A stretch of DNA of 54,333 nt, counting the filler, from Jimgerdemannia flammicorona (taxonomy: Eukaryota): assembly GCA_003990765.1 (NCBI GenBank). It is 2 parts of 2 records of this genome, joined end to end, with 100 filler letters (N's around TTAATTAATTAA, not from the genome) between each part and the next. Parts side by side here need not be neighbours in the genome. Positions count along the whole stretch, not along the records: positions 1 to 27,132 come from RBNJ01000660.1; 1 more part is not named here. One strand, given 5' to 3'. A program made the translations under genes and the position numbers. Below, piece by piece: positions 1 to 12,779 of the stretch. Numbering within the stretch: position 1 is the stretch's first letter; every line of letters begins with the position of its first letter. A model generated the notes under the pieces. It searched no databases and was not told the origin of the DNA. It worked only from the letters and a program-made list of their open reading frames with translations.

Positions 1-14
1 AAAAAAACTCATAG

Positions 15-338
15 GAAACCGCCCAGCTCGAGGCCGAGGCCTTCCAGCTCAAGCAGAAGGTTGCCCTGGCCGCCGAGGTTAAGTCTGTGCTGGACTCATG
101 GGTCCGGTACGAGACTTCGCTCCGCGAGCGCGAGCAGAAGCGCCTCGCCGCTTATGTCCAGGAGAGGGTCACCAAAGAGCTCGAAGACCCTAAAATCCAG
201 CAGGCCATCCTTGCGCAGGCTGTTATCGATGTCGAGAGTGCGTTTTTTTTTTTTTTTTTTTTTCCTTTTTCGCAAGGGGGGAATGTTTGGGTACAATTCA
301 TTAATTGCTCTCTCCATGGCACAGGGCTCGTCAAGTAA
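15..338 (+). CDS. ATP4: Mitochondrial ATP synthase subunit b (3' part, last two exons)
   Basis: Exon 15-237 follows an AG acceptor and reads ETAQLEAEAFQLKQKVALAAEVKSVLDSWVRYETSLREREQKRLA...LAQAVIDVE. The LDSWVRYE motif is typical of fungal subunit b. GT..AG intron 238-324, then last exon RLVK-stop. Confidence 0.93.
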   Translation, partial: ETAQLEAEAFQLKQKVALAAEVKSVLDSWVRYETSLREREQKRLAAYVQERVTKELEDPKIQQAILAQAVIDVESAFFFFFFFPFSQGGNVWVQFINCSLHGTGLVK

Positions 339-1324
339 ATCGCCTAGACCCTCTTTTTCGCTTACGCTTTATATACACAACAAATAAAAGGATAGCCTCT
401 ACGGATTCCATGTATGAGTGAATTGTGATTTATTATGGTCCTATATGGAATGGGGAGAATTGATCCATACAAAATCTTTGCACAATCGTGTGTCTAGGTT
501 GGAGTAGACATGAAACACAAAGATGGAAAAGCTTTTAATTCAATTCTGCGCTTGAAAGTTCCGGCTGTAGTCCATGTGCCCGTAGACACCACTCACTTGA
601 GCAAGAAATTATAGCCAATCATATTTCTAGACATTCTGTACAAATACTCCATCGCTCACAACACAGATCGAATACTTTGCACGAACACACTTCGAGAGTC
701 TGCGCTGATAAGAGGATAACTCTCCAAGGACAATCGATCCATTTGAGAGATCCAACGAGAGGTGGTTACGACGCAGAATACATGGAACCTTCAATTCGCA
801 AACACTCCTATTGTGCGATGTAAACCTTGGACCATTGTCTCGGCTCGCGATCCTTTGATTCATCCACGAATGAATATATGTATTGGCTGGTTGGCACATC
901 GTCTTCTTCTGGTAGAATGTCTTGACAGCAACAACGCTGCCAAGTTGCATGGCAGTTGAACGGGAATAGGAAGATGGGTGTATACGAGAATGCACAAAAT
1001 GTACACCAACAATCGCGCGATTCGTTATTATTATTATTATGTAGCAGCTTTGATATTCAAGATCTCATTGATGTGCCCTTCATCATCCCATCCTCTTCCT
1101 GTCGCACTGTCTCCTAAAAAAAATCTTGTTACCATGGCAAACCTATCAAAATAGTCATTTTCCTCAGTGATTGGAACGTAAATCCCGAGGTGAATGGTTT
1201 CAAGTCTATTGGGTTGAAAGATCACACGAACAAAGGTTTCCAATTGGGAACAACATAAACTCGCCGCCGTCCTCGGTCCTCGGTCCTCGCACCTTCATCT
1301 TCTCCTAACAGAACCATACTTATC

Positions 1325-4300
1325 CTACAACTTTGCCACGAGCTCCGGCGCAAAAAGCTCTCCCTGTAGATCACCCTTGTTATATTCGTCCCACCTGGCG
1401 GCGATGGGGGCGAACAGTACACGCTCGTCCACACCCAGAGCGTTCACCACATCCATCCCTATCCCCGATAGCGATGCCACTCCCTCGCGCACAAGCCTGG
1501 GAACCTGCTTGCCCGTCGGGAGCGAGATTAACCCTTGCGTTAGGTACCAGGCTAGGTTCGTGTCGATCGTCGTTAGCGACCAGAGGGTCATGATCGCCAC
1601 GAGGATTTTTCTGTGTAGTGTGTGTTTTAAGGAACAGTCAGTGAAAAGGAACAAGGAATATACTAGATTCTCAACGTCGCAGTAAAAGCCTGCAAACCCC
1701 ACACTCACTGGAGGTTGCCCTTGGCGCCCTGTACGGCCGCGCCGACCTGCTCGAGCACAATGCGCTCTCCGTGCGCGCGCGCTAGCGCCTGAATTCCGTC
1801 GGACTCCTGCCTCATCCACACTTCAAACAGCGGCGCGCCGCCCTTCAACTTGGCGTCCAGGGAACTGGCGAGCTGTGTGGATGGTTGGTGACAGGACGAT
1901 CGAGTTAGCGAAAAGGTCAAAAGTGCTTCGGGTTTGTTTTGAGAGGCTTGAGTGGGACATGTGCACGCTACACGATGCTGGCCAAATCGATCGTTCCAGG
2001 GAAAAAAAAAATTCAGATCCACACCCACCTCTTTCAACAAAAGCTGTTCTCTCAGCCTGAACAACTTAAGATGCGTCTCCGGGTTAGTCAGGTCCCAACT
2101 CTGCGCATTAGACGCTTGAGGCACGGAGGGAAGCTTGATACTCCCGGCCTGCACGCCGGTCATCAACTCCTTGGCTACCTTCTGCATCAGCACCGAGTTA
2201 TCGCCCTCGGCAGTCATGCCGGCGTGCGAGAAGCCTAAGGTCGGACGAAGGGGATACATAAGGTTTTTTTTTTTTGAAGGGGGGGGGTTAGGGGGTGAAG
2301 GCATTGCCGAATGGGTTCGGCTTCAAAGTAGGGGATGGTATGACACGTACCGATGAATGACCCGAACCGGTTGACGCTCAGGTAGCCCTGCCCGCCGCAT
2401 CTCTCGCGGCATATGGTGGCCACGCGCTCCGAGTTCCAGGTCACGAGGGGCTTGATGACGCAGCAGAGGCGGATGACCTCGTCGCTGTCGGAGCCGGTCT
2501 AAAAAAAAAAGAGAGTTTATGTGAACACGGATTGGAAACGATTTCGATAACGGCCATCCGCTCTCGGGATGGCATGCTTATAGCGTACCTGCGTGGCCCA
2601 CCGGGTCTTACAGTAGTTGAGCCCGATATTCAGTGCCACCGTCGCGGCCACGAGCGGGATCAGCGCACGCTGCTGGAGCTGATAGGCGAGAATGGGAGTG
2701 TCGCTGGGAGGGTTTGCGAGAAATGGAGGCGTTTAAAACCGATTCAATTGGCACGAAGAAAGCGCATGCGGGGGGTTCGTGCTTGGAGAATTGAAATTGA
2801 AAAGAGATGATGTATTGAGACCTACCTTTTGCCGGTGGGACCGACTGCCAGACGGCTGGAGGCGTACCGGAATGCAATGCTCAAACAGGCTGGAGGGGTG
2901 CCGCGGAATCGATCGGAGGGAGGGACGGCGATAGTTAGTCAAAGGTGGATCAATTGACTATGTGGCGCTATTGAGGATACAGGAAGATGCAATATGGCGA
3001 CACGTACTCTTGGTACCGCCGAGACACATGGAGGCGATCGCCAAGCGACCGGAGAGGAGCTGGTCTGCCACGCTGAGGAAGCGGCTGGGTAGGGTGAAAG
3101 AATATCGAACGAATGGGATGAGTCGAGGGCGGTAGAGCAAGCAACGTGTGACGGTAAAGTAGGCTCGCGATTGAGGCCCCGTTAACACGGTTCACAAAAG
3201 GATGATTTCGTTTGCAGGACTCTCCTTCGCACTTAGTACAGCGATAGAGCCAAAAGAGGTACGCACCCGCGCCTGGATGGGATCTTGGAGGTGAATTTGC
3301 CATCACGCGACACATCCGAGTACTTGTTCAGCAGGTTCTCGGCAGGAACACGGACCTGACGTGGCCGACAGGAATTACATGGTGAGGAGGGGAGGGAAGT
3401 TAGCGTGGGGAAGGATTTCGGGGTGAACATTTATTGGGTGACGAGGTCCGACGCGAGACGACATGGGGATGGATGACTTACGTTCTTGAACCAAAGCTTG
3501 CCTGATGGTAGTAGGTGATAGAGTTTGGGTAAATGGAATGACAGCTTTATTTCAGAATTTGGAAAAAAAAAAAAAAAAAAAAAACCGAACACAAAGTCAC
3601 GTACCGTTATCAACACCATTGCACTCGAACTTCTTGCCCATCTCCTCAATCTTGACGCCTTTGCTCGGGGTCATGCTGTGGGACACAAACAGAAACAACG
3701 CGCATCGGTTAAAAGGGTGATCGAATAAGCTCCACACACCGATGAAAGATCACAAAAGACTTAATGGAAGGATACGCACTTCTCCTCACGGATTCTGACA
3801 AGCACGACGTGTACGCCCTCGTTTGTGCCGTTGACGAAGGTTTGCGCGAAGACGACAGCAAATTTGGCGTGGACGGCCGACTGGTAAAGCGCGGTGGGTA
3901 TGAGTGGGGGTTTTTGTAAGCGAGGGAAAAGTGCGGATCTGGAGATGGATGGCAGATTCCGAGCGAGGTAATGTAATTGAGGTACTCACGTTGGTGATCC
4001 AGTACTTCTGGGCAAGGGTGCTTGGGGTGTTGACAATAAATTCATGCGTCTTGGGATCCTATTAAACGCGAAAGAATTTTGAGAAACGCGAGGTGACACA
4101 ACATGCGGCAAGTTCCACCACCATCTTGCGTGTGCGGACGGACCCGTCGTTCCGACACGACCGATCAGACCATGCGATGTCCGCATTGGACGTTCGAATG
4201 ACACGATACGTACGTAGGTAGCGGTGGTTTCCATCTCAATGGCGTTGTTGCCGTACCCAAGCTCGGTCAGCGCGAAGCACCCGATGCCCGTCATGTCGTC

Positions 4301-4876
4301 CACGCCCTTGAGGTACTTGCGGTGGCGCTCCGTGCCCAAGCGAATCAACGTGCCGCCGAAGAGGTTCCATTGGACGGTCATCTGCGGGCGGGGGGAGGAG
4401 GGGAGAGAGAGATTGAATTGGTGAGAGAGGGCTCAAAGAGGAAAGCATGGAATGTGGATGGATGGATGGATGAATTATTACCTTGGTGGCCATGCTGCCG
4501 TCGACCATACCGGCGACTTCGTGGGCTGGTGGAAAGAGAATGGAGGTAATTGGGAACGGGATCATTGACAGCCGTTGAGGATACCATATGCATTAAATTT
4601 TTGGTACAAGTACAACCCATCGAATGACATACCAGCAAAGATATTCAACGGGTTCTTCTCGAAATCAAACACGGAAATAAAGCCATTATGGGCCAGTTTC
4701 TCCAGCCTCCTCAGCGCGATCTCGCGTTCAAATTCCAGCGACACGTTCAGACGCGGCACATACAGTGGGTCCTTGGCCATGAAGTCCAGCATCTTGTCGC
4801 GGTTCTCATGGTTATCATGTTGTAGGAGGCGGCGCAGGGCGGCAGCGTCCTGGGGAGTGCAAGTGAGGGGCGACAT
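1325..4876 (-). CDS. Peroxisomal acyl-CoA oxidase, multi-exon
   Basis: Exon translations MSPLTCTPQ..., [88 protein letters not shown]. The C-terminus ELVAKL ends in a PTS1-type signal. Many GT-AG introns. Confidence 0.93.
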
Positions 4877-5086
4877 GGTTGGGTTGAGGGATCTGGGGAA
4901 GAGAGAAGAGAGAGGCTCACATGGTCGTGGAAATTTTATAATTATAAAGGATTGGGCGAGATGCGGGGGGAAGGGCAGAGGCTGCCCGAACGGGTTATTC
5001 CCACCGATCGGGGCACAGGACCTCACGTGAAAGGAAGAGGGCGAGAAAAAAATATTCAGCAGTCCAACACCTACACCACGCCACTA

Positions 5087-6402
5087 ATGACGAGTGCCAT
5101 AGACAACGATACCCAAGGTCACTATTATAGTGCAGATTATTCGCGTCACCCTCTCGCACTAACTCCCACCTCACGTAATACCGCCTTTTCGCTCTGCAAA
5201 TAATCGCGTAGCCAAACTCAAGGCCCTCGCCGACATGTGCTTGAACTTCTCGCGCGAGCTCCAGAACCCGCCCTCCATCGAATCGGGAGAATTCGACACT
5301 GTCAAGTTCAAGTACACAATACGTAACGACCCGATTCCACAAATCATCCTGTCTCATACATGTTGAACGTGCCCATTACGCTCGTTATTCACCAGCCGAT
5401 CTTGGACTTCTCCTCTCCATCCCAGGCGACCTCGCCACCGTCCTCATCAACGACGCCACCAAACTCACTATCGCCTGCAAACCGCCTTCCACGGCCTCGG
5501 CCGCCGGCCCAACAATCGCCACCCTAGGCGACACGGCCTTCCGACTCGCGGGCTTCGTCGAGTCGGTCCCGGTGTCATGCGGCCGGACGTACGTGGGGAG
5601 CATCCGGCGCACCGCCGGAGACGCGCTGCGTTCAGCAGTCGCGCTTTGCAACAGCTTCCTCGAGATTCCCGTCGCCATCGAGGCTGACAAGAAAGGCGAG
5701 TATCTCATCTCCACGGGGCAGCTGTGGGAGGCGTGCAAACATATGCAGGAGAAGACGCCCGCGGATAATAGGGAAGCTGTGGCGGCTAAATGGAGGCTTA
5801 TGACGGGGACGTTGGAGGATGGGGTTGCGGAGGTGGAAGAATTTGTCAGGGAGCAAGAGACGGGTGCAGGTGAGGATGGTGAGGAAGAGGAGGAGGAGGA
5901 GGATGGGTGGGATGACGTGTTGGGGGAGTCATCCAAGGTGCGGCTAACAAAGGAAGAGCTAGCGATCTGCGTACGGTGCGTCTCGCTATTCAAACTCACG
6001 CGCATGTTGTGCAAGAAGGTCCTGGCGCGGTGCATCCTGACGGCAGACGTCTCCAAGCCGGAAGTCATCGCGTGGCTCGACCAGCTGGGAGAGTCTGGCG
6101 CCGCGGTGGCCGACGCAGTCGACGAGTTTGGAGCTAGCATGTACGCGTCTGAGAATGTCGTCGGGCAGGCCAGGACGTTTGTGGAGATCGCGACGGAGCT
6201 TGTGCACGTGGCGCAGTCGTTTGCAGAGGGAGAACATGCAAAGTGGTTTGAGGTGAGTAATTGTAGGATGAGGGGAGGAGGAGGGTTTGGTCAATTCCAT
6301 TTCTGGGATTTTATTGATTGATTCCATACAATATAATAGACATGTGTGGCACAATACACCAAGACACTTGGGACTATCCAGGAGCATGACCCACAGATAT
6401 AA
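5087..6402 (+). CDS. Cyclin-D1-binding protein / GCIP family protein
   Basis: Spliced frame with LINDATKLTIACKPP, YLISTGQLWEACK, LEDGVAEVEEF, an acidic linker and DAVDEFGASMY. Introns about 5333-5425 and 6253-6339; last exon TCVAQY...PQI-stop. The first mini-exon (ATG 5087) is less certain. Confidence 0.75.
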
Positions 6403-6523
6403 CAGATATGGGGCGTGCTGCAACAAAACCAGACAAAGTGAACATTTGGGTGTCAGGCTTAAAATTTTATTTTCGCTCTAGCTTCCAATTTTGCCTATAG
6501 TAGGAGATAAAGACTACTTGCAC

Positions 6524-6965
6524 TCATTCCGACCTTATTCCGGGAGACGACGCGAGATTGATAGAGGCGTTTAGTCGAGTGTGGGTTGAACCATATATCC
6601 AGCTGGATTCCTCCTCCTCCTCATTTCCGTCTCCCTCGTCCTCGAATGTCTCGACGGGGCTGGTACGACTCAGAGTTATCGTATCCAACATTAATTGCTA
6701 AAGAAGCGAAGACAATACGCGTTAGTCGACAACTTGGTTTAAACATCCCTTTTACAACAAGATAAACGTCGACACATACGCGCACTTGGAGAAGATGGGT
6801 CAGGCCCTGGATTTGTGGCCTCATGTCCTGAATTGAAGTAGGCAGTTGATATATAGGGTATTTGTGGAACAGAGACACATATGACCGGCTTCCTGCTGGT
6901 CGCAGCTCAAATGTTTGGAATCCGCAGCCTATGGCACAAGTATTATAATGAATGTTAATCGCAGG

Positions 6966-6997
<32 letters not shown>

Positions 6998-9547
6998 TGT
7001 AATTGTACTTACTGCCCGTATAGATGCCAAAAAATCGGCCTTTGTCCCAAAGCTCTTCATTTCTGGTATCTTGTAGTCTGTGCCTCATAATGGTGTGCGT
7101 CTCACGGAACAAATCACTGCTTGTCTCCTTGAGGAACTTAGTGGAATATTCATCCTAGTCCTTCATGCGCTCCACAATCATGTAATCTTTTTTTTCGACA
7201 ACATCACGGACGACAAGATCAAGCTTCCGCCCAACTTGCTTTCTCGGTGTTTGAGTATCGGGGTGATATTGCCGATCAGAATTACGTCGCTTTCCACTTT
7301 CAATGCCTGACTTTTCCCCGTCAATCATAAACAGATTGTCCATGTCGTCCAGGAACTCGGTCAGCAATGGCCGCCTCCGACAGGTCATTCACACTAAACG
7401 GTGACGGGGTCTTGCTGTAGAGCCTCTGCCTATAACAGACAGGCCAAGGAGAGTTGTGGTGAGTAATCTGTATCCTGTTGCCATACTACATATGCTGCAA
7501 ACATGTCATGATCATCTTACCAGATCTTGCAGGAATCCTGGACCAAAGTGCAGGCAAACTTGTCAATGTCCGGCAATGGTACTTGACTTGCAGGGTTCCC
7601 TTTGACCAATGCCTTCTTCATCTTCAACAGAAAACTAGTGGTTGAAGGCGGCAGCTCCGGTAACTCAAAGACATTCTTTTCCATCATTTCCTCCCACTCA
7701 TCCTCACTGAACAGATTCTTGGTTACTGCGCAAGAGAAATCGATAGTGAAGGACCGTATCATGATCGTCGCGCCTTCCTGGAGGCAAGCTCTTTGAAGGA
7801 TCTCTTCCACCGAACGCCCAGAGCGTAGAACCCAGAACCGACTCTGGTCCATTCCTGCATAGCGCTATCAAGGCAGACGCAGAGGTATCAGTACTCTATG
7901 CTATAATGCATCAGGTGTCGTGTTAGATATGTACTCGTTCATCTACCTGTTCTCGCCGAGCCTTTTTGCTAGCAGAAACCTCTGATGCTTCTTGTGTTCC
8001 AGACTTTTCATATCGGTCTTTACGTTTTGCTCTAGTGGTGGACGATCCAGACTTTTGCGCCTTCTAGAGTGTATGAATAGAAAGTTAATAGACAGATCTT
8101 TTTTTTTTTTTTTTTTTTTTTTTAGAAAAGCTTCGGTATAATGTCGCTACCTTCATTTCATTGTTCACTATTTCCTCGCGAATCCCAAGTACATCCTAGA
8201 TAAAAAACAAAAACAAAACAAAAACAAACGTCAGCAGTGGAGAATTAACTGAGTCACAAGAAATCGAAGCACGAGAGCAAACATTTTCAAAACCGTGTTC
8301 CACCTGTGCAAGAGCAATCTCTTGGCCATTGCTGATATCACGCTCCTCATCGTCGAGAGTGCTTGATTCGCATTCGGAATTATGTGAATGCTCTTTGGTA
8401 AATTCTTCTTTTGCCGCATTTGCGGTGGCATGCATTGCAACGTTACTAATCCTGTCATTAATCCTTTCCTAGACGTCGATGATAAAAAAAGAATTAATTG
8501 ATTAATTAAGCAGGCATGATCTAATAAATTACATCAGTACATTTCCATAACTTTAAGTGGTTTGAATTTCTTAAGAGCAATGTATCGTGTAAGTACCTTT
8601 CGACCGCAATCCTACAGAAAAAAATTAATATGATGAGCGATTGATCGTCCTATACATAAACCTTGCAATTAGAATCATTTGTACCAGTTTTGCATTAATT
8701 TCTTCCATGATAGTTGAGACTCCTTTAGTGGTTCCACGAGTTATTGTACGAGCTGCTTTCATCTACAATCCAAAGGCCATCATTAGAACATGAATGCTAA
8801 ATACGTTTGGTAAAGACAATAAAATAAACCTTGTCAGCTTCGAGATCGGAACCCCAGACAAGTGATTCGACGTCATTCCAAAAGAGCCGAATATCTTGAT
8901 AATTACGACGATGACCCTTAATAAATTATTAACAATCAAAGTGGGCAAATATGACGTGTAGAGGAGCAATACGAACGAACAAGTAGCACTGGTTCGGGCC
9001 AACCACAACGAGCACACAACGGACACGGAGACCATAAGGTGAGCAGCGCGGAGAATGCCCACCGTAGTTGTGCACACAAGAGAAGTCTGGGACTTGTGAT
9101 ATTCGACACGCACGGGGGATATCAGAGGGTCAGGGCGGACAGTAAAACCCTCCTAGTCGGATAAACCCTCACCACAGCACAGTGATCCAAAAAAAAACTC
9201 GCCTCGAAATTCTCAAGAAGCTTGCTGGCAGTAACGCTTATCTCTTCAGCATCATCCTTCGTCAGTCGCTCCAGATCCTTCTTAAGATTGAAAGATTCCC
9301 TTCGAAACGAGAATGTGAAATCTTCTTGTTGACGTCGGTACTTGTAGAACCCGATATAGCTGTAGCTATCTGCGGAAGTACGCGGAACAGTTCGCAGGCG
9401 CATTCTAGGGAGTTTGCACAAATGGGATATTTCGGATGAGTTTGTACAACACTCATATACGGGTATGGTCTCAAATGCCTTCAAAAACAAGAACACTATA
9501 CCTTGCCCAAGGCCTCCTCTAACGGCGAATGTTTTGATCAACGCCAT
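6524..9547 (-). pseudogene. Multi-exon hypothetical protein resembling expanded Crinkler-type / PD-(D/E)XK nuclease-fold families of early-diverging fungi; one in-frame stop
   Basis: Exons include YSYIGFYKYRRQQEDFTFSFRRE, FWVLRSGRSVEEIL, GRKLDLVVRD...MIVERMKD*DEYSTKFLKE and FQTFELRPAG...LLQVR|QLMLDT. TAG at 7155-7157 is in frame with the downstream ORF. The family assignment is by resemblance only, and the start codon is uncertain. Confidence 0.6.
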
Positions 9548-10017
9548 TGCGCGTTAGTGGGTTGGCTTAAATTGCCATGTGTGATATCGGTTTCTTTAGG
9601 CCTACTTATTACATATTGTCACGTAGTGGTTGCTGAGTCCTTCAAATATGCCAGATTCTCTTCAAGGTGTATCTCTTAGACTAACTCAAGTTTGTTATAA
9701 GCAAGTTCTTATTGGAGTGCCTTCCTAAGGTCTTATAGTCCTCAAACTTCTTATCTTTAACTGTCTTGTTATCTCTTAGATTGCTTGCAAGGAAGTGTGT
9801 GTAGGTGAACTTGACTGACTTTATTTCAGAGGAAATAAGAGGGGTATTTATACAAAATATAATTCAATGGTTGCTAAGATATAAAGCTAAATATAAATTT
9901 CAATAATTAAAACTACTAAGTTCCAGGGTCAGTATTGATGATTGTACAGGTTCAGAATGCTGGTATTATTTAGTGTTACATCAAAATGCCAGTGCTGGAA
10001 CAATTTCGCATCACCTC

Positions 10018-10140
10018 AGAATACCAGTGCTGGTATTATCCAGTGTTACATGAGAATATTGGTGCTGGCATTATCCAGTGTTACATGAGAATACCAGTAC
10101 TGGCATTATCCAGTATTACATGAGAATACCAGTGCTGGCA
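10018..10140. repeat. 35-bp tandem repeat in LTR A with near-palindromic core ATACCAGTGCTGGTAT (also 18522-18622)
   Basis: Unit gagaataccagtgctggcattatccagtgttacat. About 4 units in the 3' LTR (the last split by an insertion) and 3 in the 5' LTR. Confidence 0.9.
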
Positions 10141-11326
10141 GGCCCTTTCTCCGCTACCTTACCAGTCACAAGGTTTGGTAGGCGACCTTCCGAGTCCCCT
10201 TTCCCCTAATATTACCCCCCTCTATCTCAGGTTGGTTTGCTGTGCCTGCAGGGGCATGGTGGGAGGAGGGCAATAGTGATGAGTTGCCCCTTTATCAGTA
10301 TCAGATCAGTACTTCCTCTACTTTTTCACAGATTCTGGTGCCTTCAGCTACATCTGGGGTGTGCCTGTTTTGGTGCGGTGTCTTCTTTCTTTTGCCGTCG
10401 CCAATAAGGAGTTGTTTCGGTGTATCTTAGGCTATGTAGGGAGTTGGCTGACCTTGGGCGTCAAGTGCTCAGTATAGGTTATCTGCAGGTCCTCGGTGCC
10501 TGTGGTGGGGCCCTCTGACTTTGGCGAGCTTCTCGGCAAGCGTGGTTCTGACATAGGTGACTGTTTTTCAGGTGATGTCAGAATGGGAGAGGAGATGGCT
10601 GTCACAGATAGGAGGAAGGGTGATTACAGTGAACCAGTAGAGTGCCAGGCTGGAGGTGGTCGTCGGGGCTGGAGTGAGTGCTGCTTTGGTAGGGCCTTTT
10701 GATTGGTGCGGTATGGTTAGGTGGTAGGTGTCACTCTTGGCTTCTTTTGGCAATTCGTGGGGTTGGGCCCCAGTCATCAGAGGGGGTCGGGGGGCCCGAG
10801 GCTACCCATTTCAGGCATCTTGGCTGTACTCAACTGGAACTGAGAGCTGATATGGCAATGTAATCGAGGCCTGCAGGCTTGAGTAGTGGGGTATTGGGGG
10901 TCTCCTCCCACCTCACATGTAAGTTCTCTACTCACCTCGACTGGGAGAACCAGGCCCTACCCACCATATTGTACTTTGATGAGAGTTTTTTCTTTGCCTG
11001 TCATTCTCTTTGGAGTGGCAGGGGCTATTCTATTCAGCTTGGACATGGCCTTGTACATACATTGGGTTCTCGGGTATGCGCTTTCAGTCGTTGGCATATG
11101 GCTGGGTTTCCCCTGGTGGTAGGGAGAGTATAGTATACAGAATGAGGTGTGGGCTACTTTACCCTACTGCATCTGGCATGGTTGAGCTACTGGACAATAG
11201 CTAGCCTAGGTTAATGGGGGGGCAGTGCTTGATGGGTGGTGGGGGAGGGTTTTGGTCTATATAGTCTAGATTCCCTTCCAATAAAAATCCGTGGGACATA
11301 GAGTCTGTTAAACAAAAAAAAAAAAA
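10141..11326 (+). mobile_element. Non-autonomous poly(A)-tailed retroposon, copy 1
   Basis: Absent from the other LTR. Has AATAAA at about 11279, an A-tail to 11326, and a flanking 19-bp duplication gagaataccagtgct(g/a)gca (10122-10140, 11327-11345). Second copy at 29867. Confidence 0.88.
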
Positions 11327-11366
11327 GAGAATACCAGTGCTAGCACTATCCAATATAATAAAGAAC

Positions 11367-12200
11367 TTAGAGCAGAAAGTTCAGGACCATGGGGGCTTCA
11401 TCATTATCATCATCATCACTGAAGGAGATGAGATTCACAAATTCATTGTTTTCATATGCTTCAATGTCATGTGGGATGACATCATCACCAATGACATCAT
11501 CACATTCAGTGGTGGTAGGAATAAGGAGATCTGAAGCTCTCCAGTTTATGAGGTTCTCTTCTACAAAATAAGAAACAAATGTGGAGTCTTGGAGAGGTCT
11601 AACCTGGATGCTTGGGCCTTGGAATACTGAGATCAATCCTTGTAGGAATTGGTCTGGGTTGTCCTGAAGGATGGAATACCAGAAGTTTTCTACTTCATCA
11701 CTGTTGAGGGTGATAGTGGACTGAGCTTCTGTAGCCATCCTGGCTTCTAGTGCATTGATACAGCAGGATGACAGATATCTGAAATCTGAGACTCTAACAT
11801 ACTCCAAGTTGGAGATCAATCATGGTGTATACCTGAAGATCTGATGGATCTTCTTAGCTATCTTTATTTTGCATATATCTATGAGGGTGGCATTTTGTAG
11901 CTCTTGAGTGCTGGTCTGTGGGAACTCCCAGCAGAGGAGGTTTCCTATTTCATACTCTTGCCATATTTAGAGACATTTGGTAGCAATGGTGATCCTTGTT
12001 TCCATTTTATAGCAGTAGAGGATAAAGTGATAAGGGTCTGTAGTACCCAGGTTGATACTGGGAATCCTTCTTGTATAGGTCCCCATAGCTCTTCTGATAT
12101 CTTGGAATATCCTTTCTTCAACTGAGATACCTTGATGGTTTCTTGACCTTGAGGTTTGGCAGGCAGCAGATATTTTATTTATGGTAAGTCTTTGAGCTAT
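11367..12200 (-). pseudogene. LTR-encoded (U3) ORF of family A, 278 codons, unknown function
   Basis: One unbroken frame IAQRLTIN...FQDIRRAMGTYTRRIPSINLG...DDDDNDEAPMVLNFLL with 2 internal stops. The same-length frame is present in the 5' LTR. Confidence 0.8.
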
Positions 12201-12416
12201 TTTGGGATTGGTGGTTCTTATTGATTGCTGCTACTATGGTTCCTTGATTCTTTTTTTTATATCCTTCAGGATGCTTATACTGTGGTCACAATGACTCACA
12301 GTTGGTCATCATTGCTCATCTTATATGTCATATAATCTTCTTGTGCTCTGATCTGGTGGCTTGCAAGGAAAGGCTGTCTCCTGTGCTAATGTCATCATTC
12401 TGGGGTCACTGTTACA

Positions 12417-12426
12417 TCTTCCTCCT
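12417..12426 (-). promoter_or_regulatory. Polypurine tract
   Basis: AGGAGGAAGA on the minus strand immediately before the 3' LTR. Confidence 0.85.
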
Positions 12427-12779
12427 GAATAAGAATCTTCTTGAGCATCCTTATTCATTAGTCTAGTCCTGAAAAATTTGCTGATCCCATAACCTCTGGC
12501 AAGGGATCAAAAAGTGGTATTTATGTGCTGATATCTTCTCTTTATATTTTGGTGTAATGATGAAGGGTCACTCTCTTCATATAGAGCAAGGGCCTGATTC
12601 TGATCTTGACCAATCAGTTGACAGTTCAAACTCCTCTGACTTCAATAGTCTCACAGATAAGTAGTTGCCAGTGCTGTATTCCTTAGAGAATGGTCCAGAC
12701 AGATAGCCTGCTGGTTACAGGACATGCTGTTATGATTCACAGACTAGAACCTCATGGGCAGTCATTACATTTTACTTCT

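Larger units (their letters stand above)
9617..12416 (-). repeat. 3' LTR of family A (about 1.6 kb plus a 1.2 kb insertion)
   Basis: Starts tgtcacgtagtgg and ends gggtcactgttaca. Colinear with 18118-21192. Confidence 0.93.

Noticed and set aside
627..1243. Short ORFs between ATP4 and ACOX
   Set aside because: No recognisable motif or consistent splice structure; probably UTR or intergenic.
5385..6140. 251-aa minus-strand ORF
   Set aside because: Antisense shadow of the GC-rich GCIP-like exon.
10018..10140. CRISPR-like array (35-bp palindromic repeats)
   Set aside because: Units are contiguous with no unique spacers, lie inside an LTR, and no cas genes are present.
10750..10785. Hammerhead-ribozyme-like CUGAUGA plus stem on the minus strand
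   Set aside because: GAAU instead of GAAA, a mismatched stem II closing pair, not conserved in copy 2, and antisense to the poly(A) tail.
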